Assembly: GCA_036172245.1 (NCBI GenBank)
Contig: JAYWIR010000013.1
Span: forward strand, 434,001 to 498,000
DNA length: 64,000 bases
Reading direction: 5' to 3'
From: Raillietiella orientalis
Taxonomy: Eukaryota
Positions 35,528 to 49,000 of this stretch are shown piece after piece. Below the pieces are notes generated by a model. That model was not told the DNA's origin. It saw only the letters and a program-made list of their open reading frames with translations, and searched no databases. The stretch's first letter is position 1. Each line of letters starts with the position of its first letter. A program made the position numbers and the translations under genes.

Positions 35528-38500
35528 AATTCAATTCCATGTTCTGCGCATCCGATGTTACATTACTGCTGGAATCTTTCTGAACAGATTCGTAGAGGGC
35601 TTCAAGTTCCGGACTCTGTTTGATTTGGGCTAGGAATTGTTGCAAACCATGATGTTTATCTAAGATGCTATTTAATAAAAAAAAACAAAGAAACAAAATC
35701 AGAAACCTGCATCGGGGATTGCCAATAGGGCAGCTACTGCTCTTAATGCTGATCTCTTCAGTTCATCTTGTTTTTCAAACTCTTGCTTCACAGAATTAGG
35801 TTTGACCTTTGTCATCACCGTAGCATACAAGGGATCAACTATACGATCTAATTCTAGAAGCAGGAAAGCTCAACATATGAAGGCTGCAATACCCATGTAA
35901 CCTACTTTGCAATACAGCTGAAGGGCACAAAGTAGCTAAGCGTACCAACATTAAATAAGTAAGCATTTTGATATCATAATGATCTTTCAGACCATTTTCT
36001 AAATGGTTAAGGAATTTAAACACATTTAGTCTATCAAGACAGCTGTCCAAAAGTGTATACATACACTCAAAAGCAGCTTTACGAATATCCAGTCCATCAT
36101 CTACAGTGTGTTTGAAAGGACCCATTTCCACTTCTCTAATCAAGATTTTGCGCACTTTGGTTTCTTGATAAAGTCGGGGTAACAGACTAGGCAAAAGATC
36201 ACGGATCAATGAGGGCTTATTGTGGGCAGCTGAGTTTAGAGCAACCAGGGCTACTCTACGCACATTCAGATCATGGTCTTCCAATGCATACAGAAATTCT
36301 CCAATACAACCACGTAACAAGGGATCAATTGCTTGAGGCTGGTCAGATATAGTAAACTTGATAGCTGTAACTACAGTTGTCCTCAACAGAGCACTCTCTG
36401 AGGCAAGACTCTCCTTTAACTTAACCAGAAGGTTAGCAGGATCAATAAGAGTAAGTTTCCCCAAACATTCGGCAACTACATTTCGAGTTCCTTCTTCAGC
36501 ACACTGACAATGACAGAAAAGTTGCTGCCAAATATCTGCCACAAAAGGCTGCAGCAAGCCAATAGCTTGTGGACTGCTACTCTGACTACTAATAATTTCC
36601 TTTAATGAATGCAGTAGAAGGTACTGCCGTTTAGGCTGTGTCTGAATAGCTTGCAGAACAATTGGCACAAATACTTTTAAATTGCCTACACTAACACCAC
36701 CCAGTGCATATGATGCTGCAGTCTTCACTTCCTCAGAGGATGATGAGAAGGAATTCAGAATAATGTGCTGTAACTGGGGCAGGCCACTCAAATCCATTTG
36801 CCTGCCAATCTCACCAATGGCTAGAAGAGAATACATGGATACTGAATCTGATTGGGAACTCTCTATATCCTTTAACAGCTGAAGCACAACTTCCTCAGCC
36901 TCATGAGCAGAGCAGCAGCTAACTAAAGCTGCTACACATTTTGCTAATGAATGATATGCCTGCTTGTGAATGACTGGGGTAGTAGAATTTGAAGGTGAAA
37001 ACACTTCAACTGTCAGCATGTATAAAAGATCATGGAAGCCAAGTCCAGGAACATCAGCCCACACTAAAGCCTTGAAAAATTCAAACATGGCTTGTAAAGC
37101 AGCACCTAACAAATAAAAAAAATAAATACAGGCACATAGAATGATGCTAACCTTGTAGAAGTGGAGAAACAACAAGTATACGCACTTCAGGAAGAACAGT
37201 TTCATTGATGTTTCGGAATGCTTGCTTCTGAGATTGTGCCAAGGAAGTGAGTAAAGTAAGAGTTAACTGAGCAACATGCAAATCTGTTTCACTCAGTAAC
37301 GGAGGTACCTCCGCCATTACTTTATCAATGCCCTCAGCTGGTAAGCAGTGACTGTAAGTACGGACAAGAACGTCTAACAAAAACAAGGAACTCAGTTTCA
37401 AGGAGCGTTGATTTTTTCTTAAAAAAGTTGCCAAAATAGAGACTGCTTCTGGCTGTATCATCAGGAGATGAAGCTACTTTTAATGGCATTACTTACCAAT
37501 ATAAGCTGGAGATCCAAGTGCAATGGAGAACTAGCAATCTTAGTTAGTGCTCTCACAGTGGTGAGACGAGTGATCTCATTTTTAAGGCGTTCCAATAAAA
37601 TGGGGAGACATACAGGCAATTCACTTTGCAAGTGGTCACCAAGTGTAGCTAAAACTTGACCCATACATGAAATAGCCCTTTCTTTAACTTCTTGGTCAAT
37701 ATCAGCTGCATGCAATCGCATCAATGTCGCCATGTAAATCTCTTTAGCATAAGCACTAAAGTTACATGTGCTAGGTTGATCTAAAAATTTGTTGAATGCA
37801 AGACAGTCAGTTATTTCGTCCTTCCTACCTAAGGGGCGGATAATATGAATCAGTTGCTGAGTCACCAGGAGTGCCTCTGATGTGATCTTGTAAAATGGGT
37901 CCTTGATGGCATTGATAATTGCGGGAAGAAGTACATCGATATGCGAATGGAACACAGTTGATGGATGAGTGGCAAACAGACTATGAATAAAGGCCAATGT
38001 ATCAATCTTCATATTGCTGCTTGTATTTTTTTCACTGCAAGGGTTGCAAATATCTTCAGATTTACTAGCTCAACTATTTACCCTAGAGAATATTGTATTC
38101 CAGGAATAAGCATAGCTATATGATCTGTTAGAGCTCCATGCAATACATTGACAAGCTCTGTCAACAGGGCAAGACACCCTTGACGAGTTTTAATACTTTT
38201 CTCTTTCATTTGATGGTGAATAGCTAAAACGATAGTGGGGACTTGCTGTTGCAGTAAGTGAACTGGGGTCTCAGTCTGTTCCATTAAATTGTCTAAAAGA
38301 CCAGCTGCTGGACGCGTCTGTTTTAACAAGGCCACATATGCATGAAAAATATCTGACTTCACATTTTCTTCCCGTTCTGATCAAACAGTCCTTATATGTT
38401 AAAATTCATTAGCACTCATATTACCTTTGAATCTGCTGATAAGTTGAGGGGATATTGTATGGTAAAAAGTGGCTAGCATTTCATGACGAGTTGATATGAC

Positions 38501-41500
38501 TGCCTCTAAACATTTGGCTGCTGCACGCCGCACCTGAATCATAATGTAGTGCAAATCATACTATCCTATGAGAATAGTATGAAAATTACATAATATGTAC
38601 TGTATACATTCAGATTATTTATTCTTCTTAATCAGAAGGTACAATGGACAAATTTTCAAACCCTTCAAAAAATCAGAATTGAGAATGCTTTTTTAATGAG
38701 CATCTTAGAAGCCTTTATTCAAAAATCATAAAAGCAGTTACTCTGATAACCCACAATACATCCACATGTACGCATATGAAACATATTTGTGCAGAAGGCC
38801 AAAAGCAAACCTGATCCTATGTCGCAAAAGGAAAAACTCCAAAAAACAAACAAAACAAATAAAAGTCTATGTGTGGAGGGGGGTACCGAAAGTTACTCAA
38901 GTATGAAAAAATAATGGAATGTTGGAAATTTTATTACATTCAAAAAATTTCCAGAAATAATTATTTGAATGCAATAATATATAATAGAATTGCAAAAAAA
39001 ACAGAATAGGTACAACTAAAGCTTCAACAGAAAATCAATCAGAAAAATAAGTGGTGATGTTTGAAGACAAAGTGTTAAAAACATTTAAAAGAGTCCATAA
39101 ACGAAACACAGACTGACCTATCAATTTTGCGACACCCTACTATACAGCCTAATATTATGACAATACAAAACTTAAATTGACAAACAAAGCAAAACAAAAA
39201 AAAATGTGAACAGAGAAAAGAAAGGAGGAAACTGTTAGTCATGAGCTTATTCCTATTTATGCGTTGTTTAAATATTGATTTGATGTACAAATAGGATCAC
39301 TATTGCAAATCACATTAATAGAACAGCACAGATTCAAATGTGCATGTTCTTTTTGTCTTCTCCCAATTTATACCTGCATTCCAAATCAATAAACAAATCT
39401 ACATTCACACTTGATATTTGCTGAAAGCTATTATTCAGATCTGTAAAGCAATCTGATACAAAAAGCTAAAAATTAAAATTAGTGTAACCACTAAAATTCG
39501 TTTTGGCAAAATACACACTTTCCAACTCATGTCATCATCATCAGAATACTCTTCTTGACTATCACCGTCCTCATCTTCAGTAACATCCATATCTTGATCT
39601 TCTTCCATATCAGCATCATAATTATAATTGGGATCATGGCATATATATGTAAGGCAGATTTGGACAACCTGAAAAGACTTTTGACACTGGAAAAAAATCT
39701 GCATATGGCTCACCGTATCAATGTGACCAGATATTTCCTTAGGGCAACGCCTTACAAAAAATTCCAAAGCTTGGATACAATGCTCTTTAAGTTCATCATC
39801 TTCTATTTGACAATATTTTATTACCAGAGGCATAACTCTTTCCAAATGTTCCCCAAATCGATGCCCAGATTGGCGACTGATAGAAAATAGAAATTTGTGA
39901 CAACAAATAATCCATTACCAAATAGTTCCAACACAGTGAATATATGTTCGTGTTGTAGATAAACACTGATTTTTCATCAATTCTTCTAATAAAATGTCAA
40001 TAAGCTTGATATAGAGTGTATGACTACATGAAAGTACTAAAAATCCCAAAGCCACAATGGCTCTACTCAAATGTCAGCATGTGATTCTGCAGGCTACGCA
40101 ACCAACCGTTTCCTTACAGCTAATCTAGGAGACGCTAGCTGTGGTAAAAGAGCCTCTTGAATTTGTTCGTGAAAATTGACTAAGAGTCCTCCAAATCTTG
40201 AAAGCAAGTCTCCCAAAATATCCAAGACTTCCAGTTGAACAGATATATCTTCCTGCTAGAAACTCAAGCATATTGTAGTTAACTGGATGCACTTTACTTT
40301 TATGATTGCACTACTTAGTTTTCCAGTTATTCTTTTACAAATTGATGATGCCAAGGTACTAGGAGTAGGAGGAAGCTCATTGATCACTGTCTTCAGACCA
40401 ATGGATGAAATGTCTCTTAGTTGTTCATTTTCCGAAAGCATATTACCACATAAACTGTCTACAATGGTTTCCACTTGATATTCTTTAACTTTATTAATCA
40501 GAGGGCCAAGACTAAAGAAATACACAGTAGGCTGATTATCAACAGAGATAACAATTGACAAAAGCTATCACATTTAATGAGTTTTTGCATGTAAGAATTC
40601 ACATATTTTAAAAAAAGTTTTCTACAAAAATAAATGAAAGCTCCATGGGAACATACATGTTGAAAACATGATAAACCTATGTCACCTTCTGGGTTTATGC
40701 AGATTTCTAGAAAGTGGAAGCATTAAAAAATTTGGAGAGGAATTAGAAAATGAAACCAAGATGGTGTTAAAGGCAAATCTGAAACAGATCAATAATTCAA
40801 TTTTTGCAGAAATTCTCACATTTAATGAAGCCCAAACTTTGAAACACATAGTTGTAATGAATATATTCCCAAAATGAAAATATTTGCCTGAAATGTATGT
40901 ACTTAAAGAGTTGGGAGTGCATTTTTGCAAAGGAGTATGCAAACCTGTTGAAACTGTTGGTTTACAAAAGGGTGATTAAGATTTGCACAAGATTCTACTT
41001 TAATGGAACTGAAATGCAATATCCATATGCAGCATTTCAGGTAGTCTCTCAAAACTGGAAAAAGAGCATGTCCATTTGCAAAAACAAAAGTCTGCACAAA
41101 TACGATTGCATTTGCAAATGTGAAATACATGCAGAAGTATACTATATCCAGTGCATATGTAATTGAATAAAATATAAGTCAAAATTTAATGCACCTAAAT
41201 AATAACTCAAATGCATATTCTACATAATTTTTGATTCAATGTGAAAATTACTTCGCAAAAATAAGTAAAACAGTAAAACAAAAGAACTATGACAGAATTT
41301 GACAGAACAGTTCAGAGTTTAATGATTGGGTTATTGAAATTAAAGTAAAAACCTTTTGAAAATGAAATAAGCAACTCTTAATAGCAGAGACATTACATAA
41401 AGTACCCAAATAACCGAAATTCAAATTCAAATAATATGTTGGAATACTTCCTCCAGAGCCAAAGAAATGAAGAATAAAGTTATGCAAGTATAACCTAAAG

Positions 41501-42406
41501 TGTACAGAACAGGATTCAAACACTTTGTAAGCTGGTTGTTTTCATAACATATATGGAAAATTAAGGCCTCCATCATTTTTTTTTTTTTTTTTTTCACAAA
41601 ACAGAAAGGAGTAAATCGGTCATTAATTTGCTTATTCATTCAAACACCTGATCAATAAGTAAATGAATGAATGAATCAATGGAGCATACTCAAACAACAT
41701 GAATTATGACAGATAATGGTATTTTGATACTTGTAAGAAAACATTTTTAAAAGTGCAATCAAGTTGTTTGATTTAATTTATTCAATTTAATCCGGAAATT
41801 CTGACTGAAGTGTTACTTTAAGAATAAAAATACGTTGAGGCTGCAAGCCAACATGTTTATAAAAGGAAAATTCATTAATACGTAGCAATTCTTGCTTTTT
41901 CTTTCACTTAAATGGACTCCTATTTGCTAAAAAAAATCATTCCTGGGAATCATATGAATTAAAAAAACAGGCACAGTTTGTAAATACCTATTACTCTGAT
42001 CAAGAGTTCCTACAAATTCCTCAATCCGGGGTTACATAATAATGTTCATGAATGGATTGATAGAAAACAATGTAATAATAAGAAATAAGGAATAGATAAT
42101 AAAAAAAATTCCGACACTTGAAAACAATTTCATTTTTAGCATACCATTTTACAGCCAAATTTTGTACTTCACCATTTTTATCTTCCAACAGTATCAAGAG
42201 CATTTTGACAACTTTACGTTCACTGTCTTCATCCAGTTTTATGGAATCCTTCTGTAGCTCAGACATTAAATCATTAGTTGCCATAAATCTAAAGTCCTTA
42301 TCGTTAGAAGTCATCTGATAAACAAACCTGAATTCGAAAGGCATTATTTAGCTTATTTGGATACCTTCTCCAACAGATTAGTGATATTACACGAAACGGT
42401 TGTCAT
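35526..42406 (-). CDS. CAND1: Cullin-associated NEDD8-dissociated protein 1 (TIP120), complete, 15 exons, 1235 aa
   Basis: Exons 42365-42406, 42145-42314 ([17 protein letters not shown]...[13 protein letters not shown]), 40298-40511, 40107-40255, 39919-40062, 39714-39876, 39519-39668 (...[10 protein letters not shown]), 38425-38533 (VRRAAAKCL), 38082-38376, 37829-38034, 37497-37780 ([15 protein letters not shown]...[12 protein letters not shown]), 37152-37452, 35906-37105 ([15 protein letters not shown]...[30 protein letters not shown]), 35707-35853, 35526-35659. All introns are GT-AG, phases are consistent, and the total is 3708 nt with no internal stop. Confidence 0.97.
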
Positions 42407-43249
42407 TTTCTTATTGGAATTTTGTTTCAGTTACAAAAGAGACTTCTAGATTTTTCTATTTTTCAATTATTGTTCCTTACTATTTTCGGAACCACCATTC
42501 GTATGCTAAAAATGAAGTTTAGTGATTTTTAACCTTACAATTGCTTTAAAATATGGACTCAATGTCAATATACTCTGCAATCGTGAATCTACTTTTCATC
42601 TGATAGACAGAAACACATTTTGGTACTTTGACAACGATAAAACTTCTTGAACACCTATTCATGGTTACCGCAGTCCACACGCTTAAACACTGGGCACGAA
42701 TTTCGCTCAACACTGAAAGGCTTGGTTTTATAGTGCATGATCTACCGGTAAATATGTATAGTCAGGCATTGCCTGTCTTTTCTCTTTTTTCTTAAATAGA
42801 AACAGGATTCTTCTAGCAAATTAAAAAAAGGAATGTTTATTTATATACACGTTTGTTTGCACAGTATACTTTGATTTCCTTAGCTTTGTGTGCTGTTTGC
42901 ATCTTACCTTTGCTTGCCGTCATACTGGACATGTGATCTCAACATTACTTCCTTCCAATGCATCTAGAAAACCCAGATGGCTTCTTCTTATCAATCACCA
43001 TCCAGTAATAATAAACCTCAGATCAAAGAAAATGTCTTCAGTTTGAAATCCACAGTTGCTCATTCAAATTTCTGCATAAGAAAATGAAGGATGCATTTCT
43101 GCCCTCTAGTGTGGTTATCTTACAAAGTGTTTTTTTTTTTTTTTCTATCTCTATAGTTTTTCTTTTTTTCCTTTTTTGCGACTTCGAAAATGCAGAAATG
43201 TGTGACACTATTTTTAAAATGACATCAAGAAATGCAAAATGATTTTAAA

Positions 43250-44400
43250 ACTAAACATCCCAATGTTGATTTGGACGCATGGCTGAAAACTGTTTACGAA
43301 TCTGAAGATTCTTCTTCCTTTCATTGAAATCAGGAATTTTTATGCTTACATAGATTCTAAATGGAAGATTTAGTGTGTGATCATTTTGAGGACATATAGT
43401 TACACACAGATTTCCTGATAATCCTCTTGTAAGAAGTTTGACGATTTTATCCATTACAACAGATTCTTTCTACGAAGATGCTTTCATCACGCCAAAAGTC
43501 CATCTCTTTTTCAGTAAGCGTTTTTTCATGACCTTCTCTAATTTTTGAAATAAAATTGGAATGATGTGGAGTCTGCTTATTTCGTTCTGCTTATTTGCTG
43601 CGTTGTTGAAAGTGCTTCAAATCCACAATCAAATCGCAAACAACGAATAGTTTTCCTGGCGAAAGAAAAAAAATGTTACTTCTACTGATGTTTGTGAAGA
43701 TTTTTCGACTAAAAACAATAAATCCTACGATTCACTATTTTAATCATATGTCCATCACTTACGCTGGGAGTTTTTTATCCTGTCGACACGAACATTTCGA
43801 TTATTCCTTATCTAATGGTTTCATGATATTAGTACAGTACACAGATGTTCCTCTTACAATATAGTGTCTGAGATGCTTTGAAGTTTTTTGAAACTGGGAA
43901 TACACAAAAATTAGAAGCTTGTTTAGTAAAGGTTCTATTGAGACCTCTTGGCTGTTTCTCTCTAGAAATACGTTTGTCGGTGTTGTTTCGAGAAACTTCA
44001 CACCGTTCTTATTCTCATCATGTTTCATGCTGTATACATTTATTTATTCTCCAGAGTATAAAATTTCAGTATCTGTTTTAATTCCTTTTGTTTTCAGTGA
44101 GTGCTTCAAGGTGTTACAAGGGAAATGAGCAATTGATTTCTGTTTTCAACGTGAAATCCGATGGACCCAGTGTCCCTAATTCCTGCTTTCAAACATCCAG
44201 TTGGGATTCTTTCCTGTGGCTATTTCGGAACATCTGAATCTCCATGTTCACGGCAATTTTTGTCGGCTTTTCCCATTAATTGACTGCGCATTGAAAATCG
44301 ATTTTACAGTCGATTGGTATCTGCCAATCTTTTCTTCTGTTCCATTCTACTGAGAAAATTCGCCGACAATTTTTAGTTTCTGCCAGGAAAGATTCCCTTC
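43250..44400 (-). mobile_element. Degenerate LINE relic (AP-endonuclease plus RT start)
   Basis: KSIFNAQS (cf. GDFNA.S) upstream and IIPILFQKLEKVMKKRL (cf. ISLLP.LSK.LEKI...RL) downstream. Confidence 0.35.
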
Positions 44401-46499
44401 TCTCTCCGTGGGTTTAATTTGCCAGAAACTTGGCACGTGAATATTGTGATGTTCAAGTTGCTACATCATAATATTCACGCGCTACGTTCTAACGATATAT
44501 TGTGCCCCATATTTCTGCAGTGGCTTCTCATCTCATTAGCCAATTCACAGCGATCAGATTTCCTTTGAAGGTTCTCAAAGGTTAGTTGTTGTTGTTGTTG
44601 TTTTCACAAACGTGGAGAGTTCCTCAAAAGCATTCGTCAGCTTCTGGCTGCAAACCGCCATTGTGCATGCTTAGAGCTATAAGTTAGCTGAGACCGAAGC
44701 CGAATGATTTGTCCAATGTTTTGTTTTTCTATATTCTCTTGTTTGTCTAACATTTTTTTTTCTTTTTTCTTTTGGCTGTTGTCAGTGGATGCACTCTCGA
44801 TATCTATTTTCATAGATTACGTTTTTTGTTTTTGTTTGCTTATTTGATACCCTTTCCCGAGTATGTTGGAAGGTTAACTTTTGATTTTATTGAAGCCTTG
44901 TGATTTCAGTTTACTATGCTCACTGTAAATCTTTCTATTCTTGATGGATCCCTTTACATCACGCTTAAATAGGATTTTCTTGAGTATAAGCAGATTTTGG
45001 AAATTTTGCAAATTTTTGCAATGGAATGATGAGAATCCAAAATCAAAATGACGTTTCGACAGTAGGTGCTAAAGCAGACTCAAGGGTCGAAATATCTTTA
45101 GAATTTGTGCTAAGTCAGGGGAGTACTCGTCTTCGTAAGAACGGCTGTTTTTATCAAGTTGCATTTTTTTTTTTTTTTACACCTGATAAGAAAGCTTTCT
45201 TGATTCGTATAAATTTCTTGGTCTTTCACAAACACCGTTTCTTTATTGCCTGGAGCATCGGAAAGTGACAATTCATTCGGAAAGTCCACAAAATGTCGTT
45301 TATTAGATCTTTAGATTCCGATGAATTTTGCTGATGCTTTGGTTCGATTAAGCTGTCAGTAGGTTTTCATTCATTCGAAATTGATCGCAAAACTTCTTGA
45401 AATCTCTATAGCAGCAAAACCACTTTATCTGATGTTCGTGGCACTTGTTTCATTTAACTTGTTGGGAAAGTTGTTTACATGTTTTCTTCAAGCAGGAGCT
45501 TAGCTTACTGGCCAATGCTGTTTTCCTCTGCTCAGTGTTCCATCCTAACGAAACCCACAGGGAATATTCGATTCTAGAACCTTATAAATAGCACATTATT
45601 CCAAACTCCAAGAAATTTTTGATCCGTCTCTCTTCCTGTCAACAGCTATGAGATGGATTCTCTTAGTAGCATGTGTTGTCTTCCCATTTGTTCAGTTCAT
45701 TCATCTCTTTTTGAGAAGATATCAGTTTTTATTTTTTTCTTCCCCTAGATTTACAGGAAAAACATACACTTCACGTGTAAATTTTTTAAATTAAGGGTTC
45801 TCCTTTGGCGATTTGAAACTTCGAAAGCGAGAAGTACTTGATGACAAAACATCAATTACAGCAACCATGAGAAAGTCCTTATGAAAAATATCGGTGCAAA
45901 CGCTTGGTTTGCGGACCATGAAATCAGTACCAACGAAACCAACAGTCTTGAAGTCTGTGCTGGCTCTCTTCTTGTTACTCCTCCTACAAGCCTTGCACTT
46001 ATCATTTGAGAAGAATGGGTTTTACTGTGACAGCTACGAACTGGATTTATAGAGTTTCGAATCTTTGCATCACTTGTACCAGGATTTTCTTCAGCGCACC
46101 TGTTCTACATGGTGCCAGTGCTAATCCATCTCTGGTACCCCACTGGGATCTCGGAAACTTTTCCATTTCAGTTCTGTTCGTGTTTCCTATAAATAATCGT
46201 CTAAGCGTGTGACTGAATGTGCACTTGTGGACCACAGCCACTGATTCTCATAGGTGATGCAACACAGACTGAGTTTAACATTCCTCCACACAAGGTGGAC
46301 ACTGCTTTCTGCTTTCGAACCTGATGCACAAAAAGGCTTCAAGACTATCGGCATCTCCCTAACCCTTGACTCTTCCTATTCCAAAGTCAGCTTCCATTTT
46401 GCTGCTTGCCACAGCGGAAATTGTCGCTTTTTGCCTGGTTACGCCACGGCTCTGCGCGCGGAACACATTCCTTGAGGCGCCCTCTGGCGCCAACATTGG

Positions 46500-49000
46500 A
46501 AACTTTCGCCCAGATAAATACAATGGAAGGGAACAAGAGTTTCATTCAGAAAATGGAAAAATGAGAATGAAATCTTAGTTGTCTTTCTTTTCATGGACAG
46601 TTCTTTGGAGGTTTAGTCCGAGCACTGATCTGTCGGTAACCATCATTAGCAAGTTCTGCTCAGGGAAACGATTTTGGCTACACCGCTTCGGTCTCAATTT
46701 GTCAATCCACCTACTGCAAACCATAGCTCCCAGGTTCGTGCCAGAGGGATGAGACCATCCCAGACAGGGAGAACCTAAGCTCACGATCGATTTTTCAGTC
46801 TCGTTTGAACTTCCCTTTAGGATTACAGTCTGTTTACTCATGCTGTCTTTGAGATTATATTTGCTGTGTTCCATCACTCCTTCATTGCCCTTTCCTTGTC
46901 TCGTTACTCCGTGCTCCAATCGGTGATGCACCATCTCACGGAAAATACTATAGACCTGACCAGCTGAGGAGACTTTCGTTTCGCCTTTCCTTTCATTATT
47001 ATGGGGTAGCACTTTATGCTTCCCCATGTAATCCTCCGTGCTTCTGAGATCCGCTGGAAACGTAGGCCTGTTGTACGCAGGTTTTGTCAGAGTTCGTCTA
47101 TTATTCCAGGTGTTAAACTGCGAAATACGGATTGACAGTTGTACGCCCGTTTGGTCTCGTTCACCGTCGAATGACGAGTTCTGTTGTTTTCTCAAGAGAG
47201 CGATGCGATTCGTGTTGATATCTGGCATCATGGCCAAATCACAAGTACTAAACAGTTTCTTGAGACCTGACATCCCTGTGTCAGCACCCTCCTTCCAGGT
47301 TCTTTACACGTCATTGGTTCTCCAGAATCTACAAGCACCTTTCAATGGCTTTTCAGCCAGAGCTGCCATTATGTAAGCAGCTTCCTGGTTTCTCTTTGTT
47401 ATTCTTCATCTTACACTTTAGAGATTCATTTTTCAGAACAAGGAAGCTGATTTTTATGCGTTGCTCTGTCGAACTCCGAAGGTGTTTCTTCTAAGTTTCA
47501 GCCAATGAACCGACAAGCAAGTGGACCTAACGTGGGTTAGAATGAAAAAAACCTCTTCCTGAATCAACTCAGCCTGTTGCGGATTCATGCCGCCTCCTAG
47601 GTCTGATGATATGCTGGTAGGTTTCAAAATGCCCTGATCCTTTTCTCGACAGAGTTGGGAGTGTGCACTGGGCATTTCAACTGCCTTATCCATTGAATGT
47701 CGATGTCAAAGACTCCAGCACGCGCTTACTCGGTTTCCACTGAGCGGAAGGGTCTGTGTTTTCTTTCCATTACCCGGAACTTGGAGATTCCAGAATCTAA
47801 AGGTTGTTCTCCTAATTGTGTATAAGGAATTGGTGGGGAGACGGGCTTGCTGTGTACTGCCATCTATGATTATCTAAGAAGAATTCAGCATCCATTGAGA
47901 CCGACTAGAAAACTGAAATAGATGGCCCTGGAGCAAAACTCAGCTTTTCTACCACAAAATCTCTATGAATCTTGAAAATTTTAAAGTTAACAAAGGGGTA
48001 TTGCATTTCCACTTGCCACATGTCGGTGAGATGGCTCTGGAATATCCGCAGAGCCTTTTGATTCGCCAAGCATCAGCAAGCACCTCCTCATTCCATATGC
48101 TTGCCTGAGGCCAGATTTTTGATCTGCACCTTTCCCCTTTCTGGGAAAAGTTTTCCTTCTCAAATCTCTTGCAATTTCTGAATGTGTTTCTTCGGAATGT
48201 TCCATCTGATACATCTTTCTGAATATCGCGTGTGTTGATCTTTTCGCTTCCCTGAGATCTTTTTCAAAAGATTTCTTCTCCTCACATGCAGTTCTGAAAT
48301 ATTCCATTCAGTCTTGCATGCTCTGTGTCCAAAATTGCATGTCCTTGCGTGATCTCAATCTTCCAAAGCGCAGTCCCAAGATTGTGAGTAACACAAGTGC
48401 AACTCACGAACTTCTCTGCTTGGCCACCGCCGCTGTCTCATTCTCTGCCTCCCTGTAGAGGCGCTCCCAACTTTTTCCGTTGAAAAGGACCTCTTTCTAG
48501 GAAACACCAACATCTCATAAACTTCAGTCTCGTTTTGCAGCTTCTTAGATCCGGGATGCAATTTAATCAAAGAATTATCCAAGCTGCCTTTCGGTACGAT
48601 CTTCTTCCGCAAGATCTCTGTCTGTCCGCAAGCAAGGAAGTTATAACGGATAGCTGGGTTCTTATGCATCTTGAGTTCTCTGCCTTATCACACACCTTTG
48701 GATGTTCCGAAAGTGCTGCAGCTTTTCCGGCAATGGTCTACGCGCCGCCTTTGTTCGTGGGTTCTGTAGCTCTTGTTCTCACCATTTGTTTGCTGCTCTT
48801 GGAACCGACTAAATCTCTGAAGGTCCTTCTCTTCAGTTGGATCGCAGTATCGAAATACTGGACTGTACGAATCAAGGAATCAGACTTTCGAGAGACATTT
48901 GTTCGAGGTCTCGAGATAGCGGCTTTTTATTTTCGGTTGTCACAGAATCATGCCTTTCGGTCCATTATCGCTTGAGAAAGAGAATAAATATGCCCTCACA
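46500..49000 (-). mobile_element. Degenerate RTE-like LINE ORF2 relic (endonuclease, linker, RT)
   Basis: PTEEKDLQRF (cf. APT...EEKD.F), EYFRTACEEKK...LREAKR (linker), RVLTQGCQVS (cf. GVRQGC.LSP) and EDYMG...NN...SAGQVY (cf. KYLG...N...RI..A...F) in order. Explains the 232-aa ORF at 46575-47273. Confidence 0.55.

Noticed and set aside
35835..37205. 456-aa ORF as a stand-alone gene
   Set aside because: It is CAND1 exon 13 extended at both ends into intron and out-of-frame neighbouring exon sequence.
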